Assembly: GCA_028711065.1 (NCBI GenBank)
Contig: JAQTSY010000003.1
Coordinates: forward strand, 65,136 to 129,135
Origin: Minisyncoccota bacterium
Lineage (GTDB): Bacteria; Patescibacteriota; Minisyncoccia; Phycocordibacterales; JAQTLZ01
Reading direction: 5' to 3'
Length of the DNA stretch: 64,000 nt
Shown: in pieces, positions 8,087-16,874 of the stretch
Layout of the letters: each line of letters begins with the position of its first letter
How positions within the stretch are numbered: position 1 is the stretch's first letter
The notes under the pieces: model-generated
The model's input: the letters and a program-made list of their open reading frames with translations, nothing else
Told to the model about the DNA's origin: nothing
Database searches by the model: none
Position numbers and translations under genes: made by a program

Positions 8087-11000
8087 TTACTCTTCGGATG
8101 ATTCGTTTTCCACCACTCCGGTTTTCTCCACAAGTTTCCACTTCGGACCCCCTTTGAAACCGGTACCTGCCGGGATGAGCCGCCCGATAATAATGTTTTC
8201 CTTAAGACCTCGAAGCGTATCTGAAGTGCCTCGAATGGCATTATTGATGAGTACTCGAGTGGTGTGCTGGAATGAAGCAGCCGACAAGAAACTTTTTCGT
8301 GAAAGCGAAACTTCAGAAATGCCCATAACAATCTGTTCTGCCTCCGCCGGAGTTCCTCCTTTTTCTTTCATCCTGATATTTTCTGCAAGAAGATGGGTGT
8401 TTTCGATGACGTCTCCGGCAGAAAATGCCGAATCTCCGGCGTCAGTGACTTTTCTTCGAGAAAACATCTGGCGAACGATAACTTCAATATGCTTTCGGGA
8501 AACCGTCTCTCCCTGAAGCTCGTAGATTTTATTGACCTCGCTGATGATATACATTTCCGCTTTTTCTTTGCCTCCATATTTGAAAATCTCATCAATATCT
8601 GCGGAACCATCAGTCAAAAAGTCTCCTTTCTTTACTTTGTCTCCCACCTTCACAAGGGCGACTCGTTTATAGTTTGCGCTGTATTCAATTTCAGCCTCCG
8701 GCTTTTTCTTTGTCGGCTTAACTCGGTCTTCCATATCAGGAAGGACGGTGATGACCTTTTCCTTTCCAAGATCCTTGACCGATGTGACAACGCCTCCGAC
8801 TTCAGAAATAACGGCAGGATTTTTCGGCTTTCGCTTCTCGAAGATTTCCTCGACTCGAGGCAAACCTTGAGTAATATCTCCGCCAACCGATGCGGTGCCT
8901 CCGGCGTGGAACGTACGCATCGTGAGCTGTGTTCCAGGCTCTCCGATAGCTTGCGCGGCGACGGTTCCCACCGCCTCCCCAAGACCGATAAGCTCATTTC
9001 GTCCCAGATCGAATCCGTAACACTGGATACAAACTCCTTGAGCGGATTTACAGGTGAGCGGAGAACGAACAGATACTTCCACGGCGTCCGAAGCTTCAAT
9101 CTTCTTCACATCTTCCTTCGTCATAAGATGCCCCTTCTTAAAGAGCGTTTTGCCTTTTGAATCGCTGACTTCTGCCGCAGTTACACGTCCTTTCAAGTTT
9201 TTTCCGAAGTTTGGATCAATAGAATTGCCGTGCATTCGAGAAATTTTCACGTGATCTTTCGTACCGCAATCCTCTTCCTGAATAATCGCATCCTGCGCAA
9301 CATCGAAGAGTCGTCTCGTGAGGTATCCGGCTTTCGCGGTGTTGAGAGCGGTGTCAGTCAAACCTTTTCGAGAACCGTGAGTAGTAATGAAGTACTCGAT
9401 GGGGGTAAGGCCATTCTTCGAAGAAGAAAGAATTGGGAATTCGATTGTCTCTCCGGCAGTATTGGTGATAAGACCTTTCATACCAGCCATTTGCGTGATC
9501 TGCGAGAATGAACCTCGAGCACCGGAGTTAATCATATCGTAGACAGAACCGTTTTTCACAAGCGTGTCTGGCATAAGCTTTTCAACTTCGTTTTTCGCTT
9601 TGTGCCAAATCTCCACGTTTTTTCGAAGTCGCTCTTCTGCTGAAAGAAGACCTTCATTAAATTGTTCTTGGACTGTTTCCGCTTGCGCTTTTGCCTCATT
9701 AATCACTTTCATTTTATCTTTCGGCTCCTGAATATCATCGATTCCCCACGTCGTTCCGGAGAGCGTCGCGTGTTTGAATCCGAATGCTTTTATCTTATCC
9801 ACAATATCGGCAACGTTATAAATTCCATATCTGTCGATGAGATCATCAACAAGCACGGACATTTTCTTTCGAGTCATTTCCTCATTTACGTACGGATAAT
9901 CTTTCGGAAGAACGGAGTTGAAGAGAAGCCGGCCCACGGAGGTATCGAATATCTTTCCTTCAAATTTCGCATAACGAATATCTTCTGTCGGAAGCACCTT
10001 AATGAGTGCTCGGTATGATACTTCTCCGAAATCGTAAGTCGTGATAGCGGTGTTTGGTCGAGAGAAATATTTTCCTTCGCCTTTTTCGCCCGGAATAATG
10101 GTGGTCATCCAGTAACAGCCGAGCACAATGTCGAGCTTGTCCACTGAAATCACAATGTTTCCTGATCCAGGTTTCAAGATGTTCTTGTCAGACGCCATGA
10201 TTTCCTTCGCTTCAATCTGCGCTTCGCGAGAAAGCGGAACGTGGACGGCCATCTGGTCTCCGTCGAAGTCTGCGTTGAAAGCAGTACAGACAAGCGGGTG
10301 AACTTGAATAGCATTTCCTTCGATAAGAATCGGTTTGAAAGCCTGAATACCAAGTCGGTGCAGAGTCGGTGCGCGGTTCAAGAGAACATATTTGTTAGAA
10401 ATCACTTCTTCGAGGATTGCCCACACTTCCGCAATTCCGTCATCAATAAGTCGTCCTGCTCCACGGATGTTGTATGCAAGTTCCCTCTCCAAAAGCTTTG
10501 AAACAACGAATGGTCGGAAAAGTTCAAGCGCCATGTGCTTTGGAAGTCCGCATTGATTGAGTTTGAGTTCTGGTCCAACGACGATCACAGAACGTCCAGA
10601 ATAGTCTACTCGTTTTCCAAGAAGATTTTGTCTGAAAAGTCCCCGCTTTCCTTTCAGGTTATCTGAAAGCGATTTGAGTGCTCGTCTTTGTGATTGGGTA
10701 AGCGCAGCTGAAGAACCTCCTCCATGTCGGATAGAATTATCAACGAGTGCATCCACTGCCTCTTGGAGAATTCTTTTCTCGTTTCGCAAGATTACATCCG
10801 GAGCAAAAATCTCTTTGAGTTTTTTGAGACGATTATTTCGGTTGATAACGCGTCGGTAAAGATCGTTTACGTCAGATGTGGCATATCGTCCTCCATCCAA
10901 TGGGACCATCGGTCGAAGCGCAGGAGGAATAACTGGAATAGAAGTGAGGAACATCCATTCTGGACGAATCTCAGTATTGATCATCGATTTCACGAGCGAG

Positions 11001-11773
11001 AGTCGCTTGTTGAGTTTCTCTGTCTTCATCGGGCCTGCTTTTTCAATTTCCGCTTCAAGATTTTTTGCGAGTTTATTAAGGTCGATCTTTCGGAAAATGT
11101 TGTAGACGGCTTCTGCTCCAATTCCAGCCTCAAAAAGCGTGCCGTATTTTACAGAGTAGTTGTGGTACGAAACCTCATCAAGCACCATTCCTTCCTGAAT
11201 AGCTTCAATTTCTTTCTTGGTTGCAGAAAGTTTTTCTTTGATAGCATCCCGGGATTTTTCATCAACGAGAGGTTTTACTTTCGCTTTGTATTCAGAATCT
11301 ACATCTTTCAAAATTCTTGCTCGCTCTGCTTCATCAACTTTCGTAATGATATATCCGGCAAAGTAGATAACTTTTTCAAGATCAGCAGTATTCATGCCGA
11401 GAATCATTCCGATTCGAGACGGCATGCTCCGGAGAAACCAAATATGAGAAACTGGGGTTGCAAGCTCGATGTGGCCCATTCGCTCTCGTCGGACTATTGA
11501 ACGCGTGATTTCCACTCCGCATTTCTCGCAGACAATTCCTTTATATCGAACTCCCCGGTACTTTCCGCAGTAACATTCGAAATCCCGATCCGGTCCGAAT
11601 ATCTTTTCATCGAAAAGCCCGCTCTTTTCAGAACGCTGGGTTCGGTAGTTAATTGTCTCCGGTTTCAAAACTTCTCCGAATGACCATTCTTTAATTCGAT
11701 CAGGAGAAGCGAGCTTCAACGTAATCATGTCGAAGTCATTCAAATCTCCCGGTTTTGTGATGTTTGTTTTCAT
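8087..11773 (-). CDS. rpoC: RNA polymerase beta' subunit
   Basis: NADFDGD catalytic motif, GKRVDYSGRS, GEPGTQLTMRTFH. Confidence 0.99.
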   Translation of the reverse strand: MKTNITKPGDLNDFDMITLKLASPDRIKEWSFGEVLKPETINYRTQRSEKSGLFDEKIFGPDRDFECYCGKYRGVRYKGIVCEKCGVEITRSIVRRERMGHIELATPVSHIWFLRSMPSRIGMILGMNTADLEKVIYFAGYIITKVDEAERARILKDVDSEYKAKVKPLVDEKSRDAIKEKLSATKKEIEAIQEGMVLDEVSYHNYSVKYGTLFEAGIGAEAVYNIFRKIDLNKLAKNLEAEIEKAGPMKTEKLNKRLSLVKSMINTEIRPEWMFLTSIPVIPPALRPMVPLDGGRYATSDVNDLYRRVINRNNRLKKLKEIFAPDVILRNEKRILQEAVDALVDNSIRHGGGSSAALTQSQRRALKSLSDNLKGKRGLFRQNLLGKRVDYSGRSVIVVGPELKLNQCGLPKHMALELFRPFVVSKLLERELAYNIRGAGRLIDDGIAEVWAILEEVISNKYVLLNRAPTLHRLGIQAFKPILIEGNAIQVHPLVCTAFNADFDGDQMAVHVPLSREAQIEAKEIMASDKNILKPGSGNIVISVDKLDIVLGCYWMTTIIPGEKGEGKYFSRPNTAITTYDFGEVSYRALIKVLPTEDIRYAKFEGKIFDTSVGRLLFNSVLPKDYPYVNEEMTRKKMSVLVDDLIDRYGIYNVADIVDKIKAFGFKHATLSGTTWGIDDIQEPKDKMKVINEAKAQAETVQEQFNEGLLSAEERLRKNVEIWHKAKNEVEKLMPDTLVKNGSVYDMINSGARGSFSQITQMAGMKGLITNTAGETIEFPILSSSKNGLTPIEYFITTHGSRKGLTDTALNTAKAGYLTRRLFDVAQDAIIQEEDCGTKDHVKISRMHGNSIDPNFGKNLKGRVTAAEVSDSKGKTLFKKGHLMTKEDVKKIEASDAVEVSVRSPLTCKSAQGVCIQCYGFDLGRNELIGLGEAVGTVAAQAIGEPGTQLTMRTFHAGGTASVGGDITQGLPRVEEIFEKRKPKNPAVISEVGGVVTSVKDLGKEKVITVLPDMEDRVKPTKKKPEAEIEYSANYKRVALVKVGDKVKKGDFLTDGSADIDEIFKYGGKEKAEMYIISEVNKIYELQGETVSRKHIEVIVRQMFSRRKVTDAGDSAFSAGDVIENTHLLAENIRMKEKGGTPAEAEQIVMGISEVSLSRKSFLSAASFQHTTRVLINNAIRGTSDTLRGLKENIIIGRLIPAGTGFKGGPKWKLVEKTGVVENESSEE

Positions 11774-11797
11774 AGTATTTTTGGGTTGAGAGAGATT

Positions 11798-14700
11798 TTA
11801 TTTCTCTGATGAATTAGCTGGTAATTTTTTATCTTTTTTGAGTTCAATATCAAGCGCGAGTCCTCGAAGGTTGTTGAGGAGCACGTTGAATGAAGCAGGA
11901 ATATTCGGTTCTGGAATTGGCATGCCCTTCACAATCGCATCGAACGCGGCAGAACGTCCTACGATATCGTCTGATTTTACGGTCAACACTTCGCGAAGAG
12001 TATGGGCGGCACCGTGACCAAGAAGCGCCCAGACTTCCATTTCCCCGAATCGCTGGCCTCCTCCCTGTGCCTTTCCTCCGAGAGGCTGTTGGGTAATGAG
12101 AGAATAGGGACCGATTGAACGCATGTGGATCTTATCTTCCACCATGTGGTGAAGTTTCAAGATGTACATGTATCCGACTGCAATATTTTGCTCGAATGCC
12201 GTTCCTGTTCGTCCGTCGTAGAGTTTCATTTTTCCATCCTCGCTGTATCCTGCCTTTTTGAGCTCTCCTTTAATTTCAGCATGAGTCGCTCCGGCAAATG
12301 GAGGAACAACTGCTTGATAATTCAAAGTATGTGCGGCAAGTCCGAGGTGAAGCTCGAGAATCTGTCCCAAGTTCATACGTGAAGGCACACCAAGAGGAGT
12401 CAAAATAATATCAATCGGAGTTCCATCTTCCATGTGCGGCATATCTTCGATCGGAAGAATCTTTGAAATAACTCCTTTGTTTCCGTGTCGTCCTGCAAGT
12501 TTGTCTCCCACAGATACGCTTCGAAGCTGTGCGACTTCAATATGGATTTTCTTAATAATTCCAGATTCAAGTTTGTCTCCTCTTTCTCGGGAGAATACTT
12601 GGACTCCAATAACTCGTCCTCGCTTTCCGTTTTCAATTCGCTTTGAAGTGTCTTTTACATCTCGAGCTTTTTCACCGAAGAGTGATCGGAGAAGTCGTTC
12701 TTCCGGAGTAAGCTGTGTCTCACCTTTTGGAGTAATTTTACCGACAAGAATATCGCCGGGGCGTACTTCTGCACCAACGCGGATAATTCCCTCTTCATCA
12801 AGATTTTTGAGTTTCGCTTCTCCGACGTTTGGAATATCGTGAGTAGTAATTTCGGGACCGAGTTTAGTGTCGCGGACGTTTACGGTAAATTCCTCGATGT
12901 GCACGGAGCTGAATTTGCTCTCTCGCACCAGTCTTTCAGAAAGAATGATAGCGTCTTCGTAGTTACTACCGCTCCATGACATGAACGCGACGAGAATATT
13001 TTGTCCAAGAGCCATCTCTCCTGCATCTGAAGAAGAAGTATCAACAAGAACATCTCCTTTCTTTACTTTTTGGCCGACATTCACTGCTGGTCTCTGGTGG
13101 AAAGAAGTAAATCCGTTCGTTCGCGAGAAATGCACAAGCCGAGTTTCCTGTTCTTTTCCTTTTGCATTTTTGACGACAACTCGATCAGCATCCACGTGAG
13201 TAACTGTTCCTTCTTCGCTCGCTATAACGAGTCGTCCTGTGTCCCGAACTGCTTTTGCTTCAATACCTGTCGCAACAAGCGGAGCTTCAGGGAGAATACA
13301 CGGAGTCGCTTGCTTTTGCATGTTCGAACCCATGAGCGCTCGGTTCGCATCGTCGTGGTTTAGGAATGGAATGAGAGATGTCGCAACAGAAAATGCCTGA
13401 TTCGTTGCCACGTCAATAAAATCAACTTTATTTTTATCTACTAAACCCGGATCTCCTTCGATGCGAACTTCTACTTTTTCATCGAGAATATTTCCCTCTT
13501 CGTCGTAGTTAGTCGCAGCATGAGCAATATTAAATTTCTCTTCTTCGAGAGCGTTTAAATAGAGAACCTCGTCAGTGATCTTTCCGTTCTTTACTTTTGC
13601 ATACGGCGTCTCGATCATTCCGAAATCATTGATTCGAGAATAAAGGGCGAGGCGCAAGATAAGACCGATGTTCGGACCTTCTGGGGTGTGAATAGGACAA
13701 AGTCTTCCGTAGTGCGAAGGGTGCACGTCTCGAACTTCAAATCCTGCTCGACTTCGTGTGAGCCCCCCGGGACCGAGAGTAGAAAGGGTTCTCAAGTGCT
13801 CGATTTCAGTAAGCGCATTTTCCTGCTGCATGAATTGCGAGAGCTGGTTGGTAGTGAAGAATTCCTTGAGTCGTGCCTGAAGCGGTTTTGGAGAAATGAA
13901 ATGGACAGGAAGCGTCATATTCGTGTCTATAGTAGACATCCTGTTTTGGATATTTCGCTTCATCTGGCTCATACCAACACGAATTTTCTGTTGCATGAGC
14001 TCTCCGACGTATCGTACTCGTCTGGAACCCAAGTGATCGATATCATCAGGAAGAGAACCGGGAGTGGTGTTTAAAACAATGAGATGATTGATGATGGTAA
14101 CAAGATCATCGAGAGTAAGCGTTCTCTTTTCGATGTCTTTCTCCGCCATGCTCTTTGCAAATCGGCTGTTGAATCGGAATCGTCCCACTTTCGAAAGATC
14201 GTATCGTTCTGTTCCGAAAATAGATTCAATAAATTCCCGAGCGTTATCAGGAGTCGCAAGATCTCCGTCTCGGAGTCGCTTGTGAATTTCGATCGCGGAA
14301 TCATCTGCAGATTTTGCTGGATCTTTTTCAATTGAATTTTTGATGTATTCGGTCGCAGTTGCGTTTCCCTTGAAAAGCGCGAGAATTTTCTCATCTGTCG
14401 GGGCGCCCATAACGCGTAGAAGTGACGCGAGAGAGAATTTTCGCTTTCGGTCAATGCGAACATAGAACGTATTATCTACATCTGTTTCAATTTCCACCCA
14501 TGCTCCGCGAGATGGGATAATTTTTGCGCCAAAATATTTCTTTGCCTTGATTTCTGTTGCAGTGAAAAAGACACCGAATGAGCGAGCGAGCTGGGGAACG
14601 ATAACACGCTCAACTCCGTTAATAATGAATGTCCCGTGACTCGTCATGAACGGAAAGTCCGCCATGAAAATTTCCTGCTCCTTGGTCTCGCCAAGGATCT

Positions 14701-15049
14701 TATTTTTGAGCTTTACTGTAACTTTGAGAGGCGCTTCGTATGAAAACTTCTTTCGTTTTGATTCAAATTCGTCGAGTTTCGGAAATCCGAGCTCAATTTT
14801 TGTGAACTCAAGATCAAATTTCTTTTCCGAGTAGTCTTTGATTGGAGAAAATTCCTTGAACACCTCCTTGATCCCCTCTTCCATGAGCCACTGGAAAGAA
14901 GCCACTTGGGATTCCACCAAGTTTGGCATCGGGGTTAGAGCCTTTTTCCATCTTCCGAAATATTTCTTCGGTCTCTGTCCAACCGTCAGTACAGACACTT
15001 CCATTTTCTTTTCTTTCGGACTCGCAACTACATTTGAAGATGTTTCCAT
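11798..15049 (-). CDS. rpoB: RNA polymerase beta subunit
   Basis: RDVHPSHYGRLCP, GDKLAGRHGNKG, GGQRFGEME. Confidence 0.99.
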   Translation of the reverse strand: METSSNVVASPKEKKMEVSVLTVGQRPKKYFGRWKKALTPMPNLVESQVASFQWLMEEGIKEVFKEFSPIKDYSEKKFDLEFTKIELGFPKLDEFESKRKKFSYEAPLKVTVKLKNKILGETKEQEIFMADFPFMTSHGTFIINGVERVIVPQLARSFGVFFTATEIKAKKYFGAKIIPSRGAWVEIETDVDNTFYVRIDRKRKFSLASLLRVMGAPTDEKILALFKGNATATEYIKNSIEKDPAKSADDSAIEIHKRLRDGDLATPDNAREFIESIFGTERYDLSKVGRFRFNSRFAKSMAEKDIEKRTLTLDDLVTIINHLIVLNTTPGSLPDDIDHLGSRRVRYVGELMQQKIRVGMSQMKRNIQNRMSTIDTNMTLPVHFISPKPLQARLKEFFTTNQLSQFMQQENALTEIEHLRTLSTLGPGGLTRSRAGFEVRDVHPSHYGRLCPIHTPEGPNIGLILRLALYSRINDFGMIETPYAKVKNGKITDEVLYLNALEEEKFNIAHAATNYDEEGNILDEKVEVRIEGDPGLVDKNKVDFIDVATNQAFSVATSLIPFLNHDDANRALMGSNMQKQATPCILPEAPLVATGIEAKAVRDTGRLVIASEEGTVTHVDADRVVVKNAKGKEQETRLVHFSRTNGFTSFHQRPAVNVGQKVKKGDVLVDTSSSDAGEMALGQNILVAFMSWSGSNYEDAIILSERLVRESKFSSVHIEEFTVNVRDTKLGPEITTHDIPNVGEAKLKNLDEEGIIRVGAEVRPGDILVGKITPKGETQLTPEERLLRSLFGEKARDVKDTSKRIENGKRGRVIGVQVFSRERGDKLESGIIKKIHIEVAQLRSVSVGDKLAGRHGNKGVISKILPIEDMPHMEDGTPIDIILTPLGVPSRMNLGQILELHLGLAAHTLNYQAVVPPFAGATHAEIKGELKKAGYSEDGKMKLYDGRTGTAFEQNIAVGYMYILKLHHMVEDKIHMRSIGPYSLITQQPLGGKAQGGGQRFGEMEVWALLGHGAAHTLREVLTVKSDDIVGRSAAFDAIVKGMPIPEPNIPASFNVLLNNLRGLALDIELKKDKKLPANSSEK

Positions 15050-15104
15050 AGGTTTTTTCTGCTAATGCTAGTAATAAAGATTAATAAAAGCTCTTTGCGC
15101 GCAC

Positions 15105-15225
15105 AAAACAAAAAAGTCGCCCGTTGCCGAGCACTTTTTTGTTTTTTATTATTTATTTCGTCTTGTGTTGCAAGATATGCAATGCTTAAAGAGCCGAAAC
15201 GGCTCTAAATAACGACGAAAATCAC
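15105..15225 (-). promoter_or_regulatory. Structured rpoB 5' leader ending in a terminator hairpin (15105..15145)
   Basis: Minus strand AAAAAAGTGCTCG GCAA CGGGCGACTTTTTT; upstream TTCGTC..GACGAA stem encloses two hairpins. Confidence 0.55.
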
Positions 15226-15300
15226 CCGTAACACAATCTTACTGAAGTGGCAGAATTATATTCCTTTTCGAATTTTATGTCAACAGGGTAAAAAGAAGCT

Positions 15301-15319
15301 TGTGGATAACTTATTCCCC
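15301..15319. promoter_or_regulatory. Pair of DnaA-box-like sites
   Basis: Perfect TGTGGATAA followed by an opposed degenerate TTATTCCCC. Confidence 0.4.
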
Positions 15320-15371
15320 TCCCAAACCGCCTTGGGGATGGATGTTTTTATCCTGTATGCTATAGTGGCTG

Positions 15372-15554
15372 AGAGCCTGTTCCAAATCTAATGTCTAGTT
15401 AGAACTTCAAAATTTAGTGCGAAAATCGTGAAGCTTGAGAAGGCATATCCGAGATACGCCGACGAGAGATGAACGATTTGCAGCCTAAATTTTGAAGTTA
15501 TAACAGACAAACATCATAGGTCTTAATTTTGAGGTTAGATTTGGAACAGGCTCT
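15372..15554. mobile_element. MITE-like foldback element
   Basis: Perfect 20-bp terminal IR AGAGCCTGTTCCAAATCTAA (15372-15391 / 15535-15554) plus nested imperfect IR (about 15392-15429 / 15473-15509); non-coding. Confidence 0.65.
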
Positions 15555-15575
15555 AACAGTAACATTATATTTACT

Positions 15576-15953
15576 ATGTCATTAGAAAATAAAAAGATTC
15601 TTATCATTGAAGACGACGCATTCTTTGCTGATCTCGTCACGAAAAAGTTAGGGAAAGTCGGAGCAGTTATGTCTCACGCAGGAAGCGGAGAAGAAGGGCT
15701 TAAGATGGCAGAAGAAGGAAAGCCGCAACTCATTCTCTGCGATGTGTTGCTCCCCGGAATTGACGGATTTGAAACGGTGAAGAGACTCAAAGCAAGCGAA
15801 TCAACAAAAATGATCCCGATTGTCATCCTTTCGAACTTCGGTTCTGATGATCAGATCAAACAAGGCCAAAAACTCGGTGTTACAACGTATCTCATTAAGG
15901 CAACAGTAACTCCTGAAGATATTATTAAGGAGGCGGAGTCGATACTCAAATAG
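15576..15953 (+). CDS. Stand-alone response regulator receiver domain
   Basis: ILIIEDD, LILCDVLLPGIDG, ILSN, YLIKA. Confidence 0.92.
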   Translation: MSLENKKILIIEDDAFFADLVTKKLGKVGAVMSHAGSGEEGLKMAEEGKPQLILCDVLLPGIDGFETVKRLKASESTKMIPIVILSNFGSDDQIKQGQKLGVTTYLIKATVTPEDIIKEAESILK

Positions 15954-15959
15954 TCACTC

Positions 15960-16113
15960 GGAACATCTCACAAAGACAGCAGAAAAAGCCCCCAGCGGGG
16001 CTTTTTCCTCATCCTCGGCGGTTTCCGCTGTGGTATAGTTTTGCCCCGAAGGCAAAATTACACCACATCGGACCAAGCAAACTCGCCTGCGGACTGTCTT
16101 TGTGAGATGTTCC
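15960..16113. repeat. Foldback (REP/MITE-like) element with internal terminator-like hairpins
   Basis: Perfect 20-bp IR GGAACATCTCACAAAGACAG (15960-15979 / 16094-16113); internal GAAAAAGCCCC..GGGGCTTTTTC and TTTTGCC..GGCAAAA hairpins. Confidence 0.65.
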
Positions 16114-16176
16114 TCGCTTGCGCGCTAACAAGTTTCCGCAATGTTTTTAAAAGCTTATTTCTCGCCTTAGTGGTAA

Positions 16177-16854
16177 TTATTTTGTAAATTTGAAAGTCGG
16201 AAGCATCTGAAGAAATACGCTTCGGTAGACAGGATTATTTTTTAACCCAACAGTTTCGATGTTATAAGCTTTCTCATCTAAAGCTGTTTTTTTCAAAAAG
16301 ACTTCCACTGACCCTCCATTAACATCTTGAAAATCTACAATGGTAGCATCTCTGCCATCTATTGTAATATTCTTGCGAGACTGTATAAATGAACTGCAAA
16401 AAATACTACCCTTACCAATATCTTGAGAACAATACCCATCCTGTCGGATATCTGTCATATCGTTTCTTATACTGATTACAGGGGAGTTATTAAGCCCTCC
16501 GCCGCTACAATCATCAACTGTTTTATATTCGGGGCCACAGAAATTTACAATGGGAGAACCTGGTTCATTGCTCACAATCCAATTTGCTGGATATTTTATT
16601 TCGTATGCCTGCATCTTATTCTGATAGGTTTTCCAGCCAACCGTCGGATTCGTCTGAGTTGAAACTTTGGGTGTCGGAGTTGTAGATTTAACAGAAATAT
16701 TCTGTTTAACTTGATTCGATTGCTGTATCCCAAGATCAGTTGCGGGAGTTTCTGTTTTTTTATTTTGATAAATATAAACTCCGCCACCAACAACCAATAA
16801 TACAATAATCGCTAAAAGCAGAGGAACGATAAAACCTTTTTTATAATTTTTCAT
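16177..16854 (-). CDS. Membrane-anchored exported protein with a prepilin-like N-terminus (possible PsbP-like domain)
   Basis: KKGF followed by a hydrophobic helix; WKTYQN..YEIKYPANW and C-terminal MLPTFKF. Confidence 0.6.
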   Translation of the reverse strand: MKNYKKGFIVPLLLAIIVLLVVGGGVYIYQNKKTETPATDLGIQQSNQVKQNISVKSTTPTPKVSTQTNPTVGWKTYQNKMQAYEIKYPANWIVSNEPGSPIVNFCGPEYKTVDDCSGGGLNNSPVISIRNDMTDIRQDGYCSQDIGKGSIFCSSFIQSRKNITIDGRDATIVDFQDVNGGSVEVFLKKTALDEKAYNIETVGLKNNPVYRSVFLQMLPTFKFTK

Positions 16855-16874
16855 ACTAGAATCATACCATATGC

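Noticed and set aside
8087-15049. Inteins or introns in rpoB/rpoC (dnaE and gyrB also checked)
   Set aside because: Lengths are normal, frames are continuous and no intein splice motifs were seen
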